From Candidatus Fermentibacterota bacterium (GTDB lineage Bacteria > JAFGKV01): DNA of 57,821 nt. The translations under genes were made by a program, and so were the position numbers. The notes beneath the pieces were generated by a model, which had not been told where the DNA came from, searched no databases, and was given only the letters and a program-made list of their open reading frames with translations. This document shows, in pieces, positions 36,954-47,012 of the stretch (positions are counted from its first letter, which is position 1; every line of letters starts with the position of its first letter). The stretch spans positions 1-57,821 of the forward strand of contig JAFGKV010000193.1 of NCBI GenBank assembly GCA_016928395.1. Reading direction: 5' to 3'.

Positions 36954-39900
36954 GTGACACGACCCGACAACGACACCTTCCCGGCATCGAACCCGTTGGA
37001 AGAGCTGACACACCGCATCCGCCACAACCCGTCGGTCAAGCGGCTCCTCCATGACCTTCAGGCCGGGCGGAAAGCATCCGAGCACGGATCCGTTCATGGT
37101 TCCGCGAAGACTCTGCTGGTCTCGTTACTGTGGAAAGCCGCGCGAAAGCCGGTGGTGATCATCACCCCATCGGCTGCCCAGGCCCGATGGTGGGCCGACG
37201 ATCTCAGAGCCATCGTCGGGGAATCACCCGTGTATGAGTTCCCGGATACCGAAGTACTCCCCTATGAGCAGTCCAACCCTGACGCGGATGTGACCTCGTC
37301 ACGGCTGTCCGCCCTCAAGGCCCTGCGCAGTGGTACTGCCTGTCTCGTGGTCACCACGTCGGGAGCCGCCCTGTGCAAGATCCCTGGTTTCACCGGCAAA
37401 GGAGTCACTTCGCTGCAGTTGACCCAAGGCACCGATATCGGATTCTCCAAGGTGCTGAAGGGCCTCGTCCAGATCGGTTTCGGCCGGGTGCCCCTGGTGG
37501 AAGAGATCGGCCAGTTCAGCGTACGAGGCGGAATCGTCGATGTATTTCCTCCGGGTGTCGAAGATCCGGTTCGTATCGAGTTCGACGGCGACACGGTAGC
37601 CTCGCTCAGGTCGTTCTCGCCCCAGACTCAGCGCTCCGTCACCCCCTTGAAGGCGGTAACGATCCTGCCGAGGGACGACTTGGTAGAGGTGAGCCCTGAG
37701 GCCTGGGAACTAGATGTCGACGGCGCGTTACGCCGGACGGCGGAAAACCTGGAGATACGCGATGCTCAGATCGACCGCATGCTGCTCATGCTGGAGCAGG
37801 ATCCCTTTCATCCCTCCAGGCGCTGGTGCTATCCTCTCTTCGGCGTGTCTCCTGTCTCCCTCCTAGACCTTGTGCCCAGCTGTACCGTCCTGGTTGTCGA
37901 TGATGCCGACAGTGTTGCCGCAGAGTTCCAGAAGGTGCATGATGAGGCACAGGAGCAGTACGATCGCAGGCAGAGGCTTGGCGCGCTCGAACCGCTGGTA
38001 CCACCCGCCCTTCTCTTCTCAGATCCTGTTGAGTTGACAACGCGTGTGACAGCAGAGGCATCGTTGACGTTTCGTTTTGGGGACGACGGCGTGCTCCGGG
38101 TACAGAGTGCAGAGGCCATGGGCGGGAGCCTTGCCATCCTCAAGGACCGGTTGCACACTCTGGTGCGGGATGGGTTCAATATCTGGATCTCATGTGAAAA
38201 CGAGGGTCAACGCCAGCGGCTCGAGGAACTCCTGGGCTCGATCCCCCGGGTAAGGATATGGGTGGGGGCTCTGCGCCACGGCTTCCTCTGGGCCGACGAA
38301 CGGATCGGCCTCTTCACCGATGGAGACATCTTCCAGCGCTACACCCGGCGCCGGCGGAAGCGGCGGCACCACACCGGCCTGTCGCCGGCGCGACTCCTGG
38401 AGTTGACCCCAGGCGATTTCGTTGTTCATGCATTCCACGGAGTTGGGAGGTTCGAGGGGTTGTCCCGCATAGCGGTGATGAACCGGGAGCAGGAGGTCCT
38501 CACGCTTTCCTACCGCGGCGGCGACAAGCTCCACGTTCCTCTGGAGCAAAGCCACCTTGTTGACCGGTATCTCGGCCCGGATGCCCGGGCGCCCGCGTTG
38601 GACACGCTGGGAGGCGTGAAATGGAAGCAGACCGCAGCCAGGGTCCGCCGTGCCGTACGCGACATGGCCCAGGAGCTGCTGCGCCTCTATGCCTCCCGCA
38701 AGGTCAAGCCTGGGTTTGCCTTCCCCGCCGGCGATCACTGGGAAGAAGGCTTGGCCTCCAGTTTCCCGTTTCAAGAGACCGCTGACCAGCTCACGGCCTG
38801 GGCCGAGATCCAGGCCGACATGACCTCTGACAGCCCCATGGATCGGCTGGTCTGCGGCGATGTCGGGTACGGCAAGACCGAGCTGGCGGTGCGCGCGGCA
38901 TTCAAGACGGTGCTCGCCAACAAGCAGGTAGCGGTACTGGTGCCGACAACCATCCTGGCCGAGCAGCATCTGAACACCTTTCGCGAGCGCCTTGCGGAGT
39001 ACCCGGTTCAGACGGAGATGCTCTCGCGTTTCCGTTCCCGCCGACAGCAGAAGGACATCGTGCGCGGAGTCCGTGAAGGAGCTTTCGACATACTCATCGG
39101 CACACATCGTCTGCTGCAGAAGGATGTGGCCTTCAAAGACCTCGGCCTGGTCGTGATCGACGAGGAGCAGCGGTTCGGCGTCGAACACAAGGAGCGCCTG
39201 AAGCAACTCCGCACCCAGGTGGACGTGTTGACCATGACCGCGACTCCCATACCCCGCACGCTCTATCTGGCCCTGGCTGGGGCCAGGGACATGAGTGTCG
39301 TCAATACGCCGCCCCAAGGCCGTGTTCCCCACAGGACGACGGTCTCCCCCTTCGATGAGAATCTCATTACCGAAGCCATCCTCCGGGAGGTCGGGCGGGG
39401 CGGCCAGGTGTACTTCGTCCACAACCGCGTGGAGTCGATCCTCTCCATGACCGCGCTGCTGCGCCGGCTCATGCCTACGGTGCGATTCGACATCGCCCAC
39501 GGTCAAATGACCGAGCATGCCCTGGAGGATGTGATGCATACGTTTCTGAGCAGAGAGATCGACGTCTTGGTGTGCTCGATGATCATCGAGTCCGGTCTCG
39601 ACATACCGGGAGTCGACACCATCATCATCAATCGCGCCGATCGTTTCGGGCTGGCCCAGCTTTACCAACTGCGGGGTCGGGTGGGCCGCGGCGCCCGTCA
39701 GGCGTATGCGTACCTGCTGGTTCCGCCCTTCGGCTCACTGACGCCCCAGGCCCGCCGCCGCCTCGAAGCGATGAAGCAGTTCTCGGAACTGGGGTCGGGC
39801 CTGCGCTTGTCGCTCTTGGATCTTGAGATTCGAGGCGTGGGCAACATCCTGGGCCGGGATCAGCACGGGCATGTGGCGGATGTCGGCTTCCATCTGTACT

Positions 39901-40397
39901 GCAACATGCTGGAAGAGGAGGTCCGCCGTCTTAGGGGTGAGGATGTGCCGATCCGGTCTGAGTTAACGGTTCACGCGGTCCCTGCCGTATCGTTACCCCG
40001 GGAGTACATTCCCGATGAGCAGATGCGTCTAGAGATCTATCGTCGTCTGGGCAGAGCCGACAGCACAGAGGATGTCCGCCGGATCCGCGAGGAACTGATG
40101 GACCGGTTTGGAGGTTGTCCAGATGAGGTGGAACGACTACTCCGAGCGGTACTCCTCAAGGCTCTTCTGGGGCCGTATCCTGTCCGGTCGGCGCGCTGGG
40201 CCAAGGATGAACTGGCGATTACGCTTGAATCGGGTTCATCGCCGCCTCCCGTGTTGATCCACCTTGCCGCCTCGTGCGGGGGTACATGGCGTACCGATCG
40301 CAAGCTCATGACTACGTTGGGCATTCCTTTGCGCGCCGTCGCGCAGACCGGTGCGGAACTCGACCCTGTCCTACTGGCCCTGGAGAAAGGAGCATAA
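36954..40397 (+). CDS. mfd: Transcription-repair coupling factor
   Basis: RGGIVDVF, GDFVVH..HGVG, CGDVGYGKTE, DEEQRFG, TATPIPRT, QLRGRVGR, TRG motif. Confidence 0.97.
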   Translation: MTRPDNDTFPASNPLEELTHRIRHNPSVKRLLHDLQAGRKASEHGSVHGSAKTLLVSLLWKAARKPVVIITPSAAQARWWADDLRAIVGESPVYEFPDTEVLPYEQSNPDADVTSSRLSALKALRSGTACLVVTTSGAALCKIPGFTGKGVTSLQLTQGTDIGFSKVLKGLVQIGFGRVPLVEEIGQFSVRGGIVDVFPPGVEDPVRIEFDGDTVASLRSFSPQTQRSVTPLKAVTILPRDDLVEVSPEAWELDVDGALRRTAENLEIRDAQIDRMLLMLEQDPFHPSRRWCYPLFGVSPVSLLDLVPSCTVLVVDDADSVAAEFQKVHDEAQEQYDRRQRLGALEPLVPPALLFSDPVELTTRVTAEASLTFRFGDDGVLRVQSAEAMGGSLAILKDRLHTLVRDGFNIWISCENEGQRQRLEELLGSIPRVRIWVGALRHGFLWADERIGLFTDGDIFQRYTRRRRKRRHHTGLSPARLLELTPGDFVVHAFHGVGRFEGLSRIAVMNREQEVLTLSYRGGDKLHVPLEQSHLVDRYLGPDARAPALDTLGGVKWKQTAARVRRAVRDMAQELLRLYASRKVKPGFAFPAGDHWEEGLASSFPFQETADQLTAWAEIQADMTSDSPMDRLVCGDVGYGKTELAVRAAFKTVLANKQVAVLVPTTILAEQHLNTFRERLAEYPVQTEMLSRFRSRRQQKDIVRGVREGAFDILIGTHRLLQKDVAFKDLGLVVIDEEQRFGVEHKERLKQLRTQVDVLTMTATPIPRTLYLALAGARDMSVVNTPPQGRVPHRTTVSPFDENLITEAILREVGRGGQVYFVHNRVESILSMTALLRRLMPTVRFDIAHGQMTEHALEDVMHTFLSREIDVLVCSMIIESGLDIPGVDTIIINRADRFGLAQLYQLRGRVGRGARQAYAYLLVPPFGSLTPQARRRLEAMKQFSELGSGLRLSLLDLEIRGVGNILGRDQHGHVADVGFHLYCNMLEEEVRRLRGEDVPIRSELTVHAVPAVSLPREYIPDEQMRLEIYRRLGRADSTEDVRRIREELMDRFGGCPDEVERLLRAVLLKALLGPYPVRSARWAKDELAITLESGSSPPPVLIHLAASCGGTWRTDRKLMTTLGIPLRAVAQTGAELDPVLLALEKGA

Positions 40398-40398
40398 C

Positions 40399-41676
40399 AT
40401 GATCGCGATACTGGCCTTGTGTCTGCTGGGAGCAACCGCGCAGGATTCCCTCCCCGGTCAGAGAGTCGAAGGCATCGCTGCCGTGGTGGGGGGGGAGATC
40501 ATCCTCCGAAGCGACGTGGACGGACTGGTTGACTGGGAACTCCAGCAGAGAAGAGTCGCCTCACCTGACGACAGCACGCTTCTGGCTGTGCGGGCAGAGG
40601 TGCTTCAGCAATTGATCGACGATCGGCTATTGCTCAACTATGCCCGGCAGGAGACGGTCACGGCCACGGCAGAAGAGACTGAGACGTCCCTCCAGGAGCG
40701 GATCGAGGCGATCAGGGCCAGATTCCCTTCGGAATCGTCGTTCCTCGCCCAGCTGGAGGCGGAGGGGCTTGACATGGCCAAATTCCGGGAGCTCCAACGC
40801 CGGGTGATCGAGGAGCAGCTCATTAAGGGGAAACTCCAGGAAAAGCTCCGGGCACAGTGGAGAATCCAAGTGACGGAATCCGAGGTGAAGAGGTTTTGCG
40901 AGGAGCGCGCGGACGAGATCCCCGAGACACCCGCCCGCGTGCAGCTCCACCACATCCTGCTGAAGGCCGGCCCGCCTTCGGAACTCCTTGCCGCGCAGGA
41001 TTCCCTGTTGCAGAGCCTGAGGGCGCGGGCCCTGGCGGGTGAGAGCTTCGAAGACCTGGCGCGCCAGTACTCCGAGGATGCCAGCGCCGCCTTGGGCGGC
41101 GACCTGGGGTTTTTCTCCCGCGGCACCATGGTCTCAGAGTTCGAGGCGGCCTTGGAGACGCTTCAACCTGGTCAGGTAAGCGAGGTTGTCGAGACCCGGT
41201 TCGGGCTTCATCTTGTCCAACTCGTTGCGCGTGAAGGCGACCGGTTCAGGGCACGCCACATCATTCGAGTGCTGCCGCAGAGTGATGACTCCGCCTCCCT
41301 CGACCCGCTGATCAAGGAGATCACCGGCCAGAGCGACACGGCGAGCTTCGGCGAACTGGCCAGCCGGTATTCGACCGACACCGCCACAAAAGACAAAGAA
41401 GGCCTTCTGGGTGTCGTCGCACCGTCGACACTGGAGGCGCAGCCACTGGTTGCACTCCTGGACACCCTCCCCGAGAAGACCATTTCTTCCCCGCTGAGTG
41501 ATCAGGAGGGCGTGCATCTGTATTGGATTGAGAGTCGCCTTCCTGCGGGCAAGCCTTCATGCGACGAGATCGCGCCGGGCATTCGAGACCTCCTTCTATC
41601 CGAGAAACTCGAGGCGCGCCTGCAAGAGTTCCTCGCGGGCCTCCGAGCCGAGACCTACATTGAGGTGTTCCGGTAG
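40399..41676 (+). CDS. SurA-like parvulin peptidyl-prolyl isomerase
   Basis: Signal peptide; IAAVVG..IL.SD, HIL, FEDLARQYSED..GGDLG, T.FG.H; second parvulin domain degenerate; typical position after mfd. Confidence 0.88.
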   Translation: MIAILALCLLGATAQDSLPGQRVEGIAAVVGGEIILRSDVDGLVDWELQQRRVASPDDSTLLAVRAEVLQQLIDDRLLLNYARQETVTATAEETETSLQERIEAIRARFPSESSFLAQLEAEGLDMAKFRELQRRVIEEQLIKGKLQEKLRAQWRIQVTESEVKRFCEERADEIPETPARVQLHHILLKAGPPSELLAAQDSLLQSLRARALAGESFEDLARQYSEDASAALGGDLGFFSRGTMVSEFEAALETLQPGQVSEVVETRFGLHLVQLVAREGDRFRARHIIRVLPQSDDSASLDPLIKEITGQSDTASFGELASRYSTDTATKDKEGLLGVVAPSTLEAQPLVALLDTLPEKTISSPLSDQEGVHLYWIESRLPAGKPSCDEIAPGIRDLLLSEKLEARLQEFLAGLRAETYIEVFR

Positions 41677-41737
41677 ACCGATGGTTTTCCACTCCATGGA
41701 ATGCACGCCGGCCATGGATCCGCATAGGCACGGCACC

Positions 41738-42706
41738 ATGGCGCGTCTGTGGCGCACCAGGCTCCTTTCGGTCACACTGCTCACCATGGTGTTCGGCGGG
41801 TGTTCTCGGCCCAACGGGCAATCCCGGGTCTTTGTGGTTGCCACGTCCACGATCGTGGGTGATGTGGTACGGGCCGTGGCGAAAGATGAGATCGCCGTCA
41901 ACGTGCTGTTGCCCGTTGGGGTCGACCCCCATTCCTTCGAGCCGACGCCCCAAGACGTGTCGATGCTCTCCGGGGCGCGTCTGATCTTCGTGAATGGTCG
42001 CGCTCTGGAATCGTTTCTCTATCCGCTCCTGGACGTCACGGTGAAACGTGATCGGGTCATAGATCTTTCCGCAGGCATCGATGCAGGAGCTAGCAGACGC
42101 GCATTGCATGAGGCCCTCCCGGAGGGCGACTCGTACCATGAGCACGACGAGGGCTACGATCCCCATGGGGGCGTTGACCCTCACGTGTGGTTTGTGCCGG
42201 CCTACGTGGCACTCTGGGCTCAGGAAGTCGCCGCTTCCCTCTCCCGAGTCGATCCCTCCCATGCCTCCGTGTATATGGACCGCTCCGATAGCGTCATCGC
42301 GGTGCTCGACACCCTTGACGCCTGGATCCGCCGCCAAGTCGCCTCCATCCCCGCGGAGCGAAGGGTGCTTGTCTCGGACCACGCCGCCTTTGGCCACTTC
42401 GCCCGGGCCTACGGCTTCATCGAGATCGGCGCCATCCTCCCAGGCTTCAACACCCTGGCCGAGCCTTCCGCCAGGGACCTCACGAAGCTCGTCGAGCGCA
42501 TTCGGCTCCTGGAGGCGCCCGCGGTGTTCGTGGGTATGTCCGCCACTACCCAGTTGGCCGACCGTATCGGGGAAGATGCGGGTATCCGGGTAGCTCGGCT
42601 CTATACCGGATCGCTCAGCCCGCCCGATGGGCCGGCAGCGGATTATGTGGCATTCATGCGTTACAATGTGAGCGCAATCGTCGCCGCCCTGAAGGGCGAC
42701 GAGTAG
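41738..42706 (+). CDS. Zn/Mn ABC transporter substrate-binding lipoprotein (start uncertain)
   Basis: Lipobox-like FGGC; DPHSFEP, His-rich loop, DPHVW, HAAFG. Confidence 0.9.
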   Translation: MARLWRTRLLSVTLLTMVFGGCSRPNGQSRVFVVATSTIVGDVVRAVAKDEIAVNVLLPVGVDPHSFEPTPQDVSMLSGARLIFVNGRALESFLYPLLDVTVKRDRVIDLSAGIDAGASRRALHEALPEGDSYHEHDEGYDPHGGVDPHVWFVPAYVALWAQEVAASLSRVDPSHASVYMDRSDSVIAVLDTLDAWIRRQVASIPAERRVLVSDHAAFGHFARAYGFIEIGAILPGFNTLAEPSARDLTKLVERIRLLEAPAVFVGMSATTQLADRIGEDAGIRVARLYTGSLSPPDGPAADYVAFMRYNVSAIVAALKGDE

Positions 42707-42709
42707 GCC

Positions 42710-43501
42710 ATGCGACTGGCGAACCACGATCATCTCGGCGCTGCGCTGGCCATGAAGGAGGCAACAGTCCGCCTGGGCGACATCGTCGCGCTCCAGTCGG
42801 TCACCTTGACGCTGCACCAGGGCGAGCAGGTGGCGGTGGTTGGTCCCAATGGTGCGGGCAAAAGCACGCTTCTCAAGACTATCGCTGGCCTCCTTCAACC
42901 CTCTTCGGGCTCAGTCCTGGTTTACGGGCACCGGCCTCCCGGGCACATCTGCATCGCGTACCTCCCACAGCGGAATGTGGTTGACTGGGCCTTCCCGGTC
43001 ACCGTCGGCGACGTCGTGATGATGGGCAGAATCGGGCGTCTTGGCCTCTTCAGGCGCCCTTCGCGCCACGACCATATGATCGTGGCCGGATGCCTGAACA
43101 CCGTCGGCCTCAGCGACCTCCTGGGCCAGCGAATCGCCGAGCTTTCAGGGGGCCAGCAGCAGCGGATGTTCATCGCTCGGGCCCTGGCCCAGGAGGCGGG
43201 CCTGATGGTCATGGACGAGCCGCTGACTGGCTTGGATGCCACCTCGCAGGAGGCCATCTTGGATTTGCTGGCCGAGTTCCCCCGCCGGAACGTGGCAACG
43301 GTGGTGACAAATCACGACCTCACCATGTCCAGCCAGCGGTTCGATCGGATTGTGTTGCTCAACAGCCGGGTGATTGCCGATGGGCCCCCGGAGAAGGTGC
43401 TCACCGAGAAGAACCTGCTGGCGGCGTATGGTAGCCATGTCCATCGAATTCACGATGCCCGTGAGCCCTTGGCGGTGAGTGACTCATGCTGCGATCCGTG
43501 A
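42710..43501 (+). CDS. Zn/Mn ABC transporter ATPase
   Basis: GPNGAGKS, YLPQ...FP, LSGGQQQR, DEP. Confidence 0.93.
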   Translation: MRLANHDHLGAALAMKEATVRLGDIVALQSVTLTLHQGEQVAVVGPNGAGKSTLLKTIAGLLQPSSGSVLVYGHRPPGHICIAYLPQRNVVDWAFPVTVGDVVMMGRIGRLGLFRRPSRHDHMIVAGCLNTVGLSDLLGQRIAELSGGQQQRMFIARALAQEAGLMVMDEPLTGLDATSQEAILDLLAEFPRRNVATVVTNHDLTMSSQRFDRIVLLNSRVIADGPPEKVLTEKNLLAAYGSHVHRIHDAREPLAVSDSCCDP

Positions 43502-43558
43502 GTCGGGCTACGAGCCACCCGAGGCCCTGGGAGACCCGCATTGCCGGTTTGAGACCTC

Positions 43559-44455
43559 ATGATGCTTGAGACTCTGGCTGCCTTGGTGCATGGGCTACTA
43601 GATCCCTTCACCCATGCGTTCATGGTACGGGGGCTGTTGGCAGCGGTCACCGTGGGCACGGTGTGCGGCATTGTCGGCACCTTTGTGGTGCTGCGCGGGA
43701 TGGCCTTTCTTGGCGATGCCCTGGCCCACACGATCCTCCCAGGCGTGGCTTTGGCCCACCTGTTGGGCGCCACCCGGCGGGGCACGCTCTTCTGGTGGGC
43801 CCTTTTTACGGCGGTGGCTGCGGCCTTGGGCGTCGGCGCCATTTCTCGGTCTGGACGCCTCCGGGAGGATACCGCCATAGGCATCGTCTTCGCGGGCATG
43901 TTCGCCTTGGGCATCGCCATCATCTCGACCATGCAGAGCTACACCGTCGATCTTGCCCATGTGCTCTTCGGCAATGTCCTCCAGGTCTCGTGGGCCGACC
44001 TCCGAATCATGTGGATCTGTTCCGGGATTGTCGTGGCGGGGATCTTCCTGTTCTACAAGGAACTGGTGGTACTGTCGTTCGATCCGATCTTCGCGGCTAC
44101 CCTGCGTTTGCCCTCCCGCACGCTCAACTACCTTCTCCTGGTGCTTATCGCCGTGGTGATCGTGGTGGCGCTGCAGACCGTGGGCGTGGCACTGGTGGTG
44201 GCGATGCTCGTGACTCCGGCCGCGACCGCGTCACTTGTGGTCGCCAGGCTGCGCAGCCTGATGGTGCTGTCCCCGATCCTGGGCGGCGCCTCGGGCGTCG
44301 CCGGGCTCTACCTGTCATACTATGCCGGTGTGGCCCCCGGCGCCGCCATGGTGCTGGTGGCGACGATGGTCTTCGTAGCAGTGTTTTCCTCTGTCCAGAT
44401 AGGCTCCCGCCGGCTCCGAAGAGGCCGCGCAGCCCCCACTGCTGACACGGCCTGA
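43559..44455 (+). CDS. Zn/Mn ABC transporter permease (ABC-3)
   Basis: GDALAHTILPG, DTAIG, LFGN, FDP. Confidence 0.93.
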   Translation: MMLETLAALVHGLLDPFTHAFMVRGLLAAVTVGTVCGIVGTFVVLRGMAFLGDALAHTILPGVALAHLLGATRRGTLFWWALFTAVAAALGVGAISRSGRLREDTAIGIVFAGMFALGIAIISTMQSYTVDLAHVLFGNVLQVSWADLRIMWICSGIVVAGIFLFYKELVVLSFDPIFAATLRLPSRTLNYLLLVLIAVVIVVALQTVGVALVVAMLVTPAATASLVVARLRSLMVLSPILGGASGVAGLYLSYYAGVAPGAAMVLVATMVFVAVFSSVQIGSRRLRRGRAAPTADTA

Positions 44456-44578
44456 CCGTGGCCTCATTTCGCGAGGAGGCTGTGTATGGCCTGCCGGGCG
44501 GAATGCAGCCTACCCCGCCACGGAGTTCATCTAAGGCCCTACCTCGCTGAGAGCACGCAGCCGATGGCGTGCCGCAGG

Positions 44579-45511
44579 CTAGCCCACGGTCAAGCGATTG
44601 CGGCCGGTTTCCTTGCTCTCGTACAGCAGTCTATCCGCCCGGGCCACCAGTGTCTCGGGCGCATCCTCGGGCGTGGCCATCGTCGCCCCCAAGGACACGG
44701 TGACCGAGACTCTGACCTCGTCGTGCACAATGAAACTCTGCTCTATCAGCGCCCTGATACGTTCGGTGACTTCACCCAGAACCGTCTTAGTAATGCTGTC
44801 GAACACGACAATGAACTCGTCGCCACCCCGCCGCGTCACAACATCGCGTGGCCGCACTGCCCGTTCCATGGTTCTGGTAACCATGAGCAGAACATGGTCA
44901 CCCAACTGGTGTCCGAACTCGTCATTGACACATTTGAAGTGATCCACGTCAACGAAGGCAATGCCGAAGGGAATGCCAAGAAGACGGGCGCGCTCCAGCC
45001 GCCCGGCCAGCAACGCGTCGCATGCCTTCCGGTTCGGAGCATCGGTCAACGCGTCGGCCAGCGCTTCGTGTTGCGCCTCTCTGAGATCGAGCAGCACCTC
45101 ATGGAGGCCCTTGTCCTCGGAGAACACCTCTACCGCACCCACTACCTCGCCGTGGGAATCGCGCACCGGAGAGACCCGAACCACCACGGGTACCCGATGG
45201 CCCTCCTTGTGGTGCAGGTACACATGGGCCGTTCGAACATCCTCGGCCTCCATGGCATCGGCAAGAGGACACTGCGTGAGGCAAAGAACCCGGCCGTGCT
45301 CGTCCACATGCTGCAGCAGATTGTCCGAGCATCGCGAACCCATCGTCTCGGATCGACAGTAGCCGGTGATGGCCTCGGCGGCCTTGTTCCAGTAGACAAT
45401 GCGCCGGTCCCGGTCGGTGGCATAGACCCCATCGGGCAGGCTGTCCAACAGGAGATCGGGCGGCAGGATGATCATGGGGTCAGGCCTGGTATCCGGCGAC
45501 CTGGGGGCCAA
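44579..45511 (-). CDS. PAS-GGDEF diguanylate cyclase
   Basis: PAS (YWNKAAE..GY); DVDHFK, GDHVL, RPRD I-site five residues before GGDEF. Confidence 0.92.
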   Translation of the reverse strand: MAPRSPDTRPDPMIILPPDLLLDSLPDGVYATDRDRRIVYWNKAAEAITGYCRSETMGSRCSDNLLQHVDEHGRVLCLTQCPLADAMEAEDVRTAHVYLHHKEGHRVPVVVRVSPVRDSHGEVVGAVEVFSEDKGLHEVLLDLREAQHEALADALTDAPNRKACDALLAGRLERARLLGIPFGIAFVDVDHFKCVNDEFGHQLGDHVLLMVTRTMERAVRPRDVVTRRGGDEFIVVFDSITKTVLGEVTERIRALIEQSFIVHDEVRVSVTVSLGATMATPEDAPETLVARADRLLYESKETGRNRLTVG

Positions 45512-45563
45512 GGTGCCTCGTTATCGCCGACCTGATTGACTGGAGGCCTTTGACGGGAAGCGC

Positions 45564-46361
45564 TCATCCCCCGCCCTGGCGGAAGTAGGTCATGGCTTCG
45601 GGTATGGCCTGCCGGATGGCGGCGATCCGTGAAGCGTCCGATGGATGCGTGCTCAAGAACTCGGGAGGACCGCCCCCTCCCTTGTATGCCGCCATGCGTT
45701 GCCAGAAGGCGACTGCCTCATTGGGATCATAGCCCGCCATGGCCATGAAGATAAGGCCCAAACGGTCTGCCTCTGTCTCATGCACCCTGCTGTACGGTAA
45801 CAGAACTCCCACTTGCGCACCCACGCCGAACACCGTCAACCAAAGCTGCTTGGTCTGTTCAGGCTTCTTCTCCAGCGCTTCGGAGAGGGCCATGCCACCT
45901 AACTGCGCTGCCAGGGCTTGACTCATCCGTTCATTGCCGTGCCGAGCCACCGCGTGCGCCACTTCGTGCCCCATGACCACGGCAAGGCCGGACTCGGTCT
46001 GGGTGAGAGGCAGGATTCCGGAGTACACAACCACCTTGCCTCCGGGCATGCACCACGCATTCACCTCCGCGCTCTCGACCAAGTTGAACTCCCACCGGTA
46101 ACCGCTCAGATGGGACGACATGTCGTTACGGGCAAAGTAGAGCTCCACGGCGCGCTGAATCTTCCCGCCCACAGTGCGAATCATACCGGTCTGGGCGTGG
46201 TTTGAGCTTCTGGGATTCTCCTGCAGGAACTCGTTGTACTGCTGGAAACTCAACGAGAGCATGGTGGATTCGGGGACTATGGTGAACTGCCGCCGCCCCG
46301 TCAAGGGCACGGTTGAGCAGGCCACCATCAGCGTAAGAAGGGCTATGAGAATGCGCGGCAT
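45564..46361 (-). CDS. M48 family metallopeptidase (lipoprotein)
   Basis: VAC lipobox; NAWCMPGG, HEVAH, ETEAD, STHP. Confidence 0.93.
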   Translation of the reverse strand: MPRILIALLTLMVACSTVPLTGRRQFTIVPESTMLSLSFQQYNEFLQENPRSSNHAQTGMIRTVGGKIQRAVELYFARNDMSSHLSGYRWEFNLVESAEVNAWCMPGGKVVVYSGILPLTQTESGLAVVMGHEVAHAVARHGNERMSQALAAQLGGMALSEALEKKPEQTKQLWLTVFGVGAQVGVLLPYSRVHETEADRLGLIFMAMAGYDPNEAVAFWQRMAAYKGGGGPPEFLSTHPSDASRIAAIRQAIPEAMTYFRQGGG

Positions 46362-46919
46362 GTCACCTCCCTTGGGCGGACAGAGAATCGGCGAGTCATG
46401 AAACAGCGTAAGACACGTGGCATCTCAAGCAACTACTGCTCCTCACCCTACTTCGCGCCCTACGCGGGGGGTGTCAAGCCCACCCCTACACCATGCAGCC
46501 ATAAGGTCTCGGGGAGGCTACTGACCGGGCACCCCAAATCCACGCCGGTGTCTCACATGGTATTGGCCAGGCATGGAACGCGCCCTGTCTCAAATCGCAT
46601 CAACCCCGAGGGCACCATGAGGCGTCATGTAGGACCTGTCACCTAGAGGAAACATCCGCTACAGATTGAGTGGGAACCATTGGGAGAGAAGGGTTTCATG
46701 GCTCACGCTCTTCACTTCCTGACTTCCCTACTTCCGGGTTCGCACGGTGGCAATCCCCCCATGTCCTCAGATCACCCGGAGTACGAGTGGCCAGTCTCTC
46801 TGTGCGCACATCACGCCGGAGAAGAAACAGCCTTCCCAACTGGCCGAACTGGCATCGACTCTCCTGTAGATCCCTGCCCATGACCGCGGGGCCCGTGTGA
46901 CATCAACCTCCCCGGAATA

Positions 46920-46948
46920 TTGACACCGATCCCTCCAGTCGGTATGTC
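46920..46948 (+). promoter_or_regulatory. Putative sigma70 promoter of the MFS - carbonic anhydrase genes
   Basis: TTGACA-N17-TATGTC. Confidence 0.45.
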
Positions 46949-47012
46949 CGGCCTCTTTCCCTGAATGCCCTCTGTCTGCCTGGGGTGCAGCGACCCTCGA
47001 ACCTGCAGGAGG

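Noticed and set aside
41321-42898. 525-aa antisense ORF and other long shadow ORFs (e.g. 38190-39668, 649-1695, 44486-45535)
   Set aside because: They overlap well-supported genes on the other strand and have no motifs; typical of high-GC DNA.
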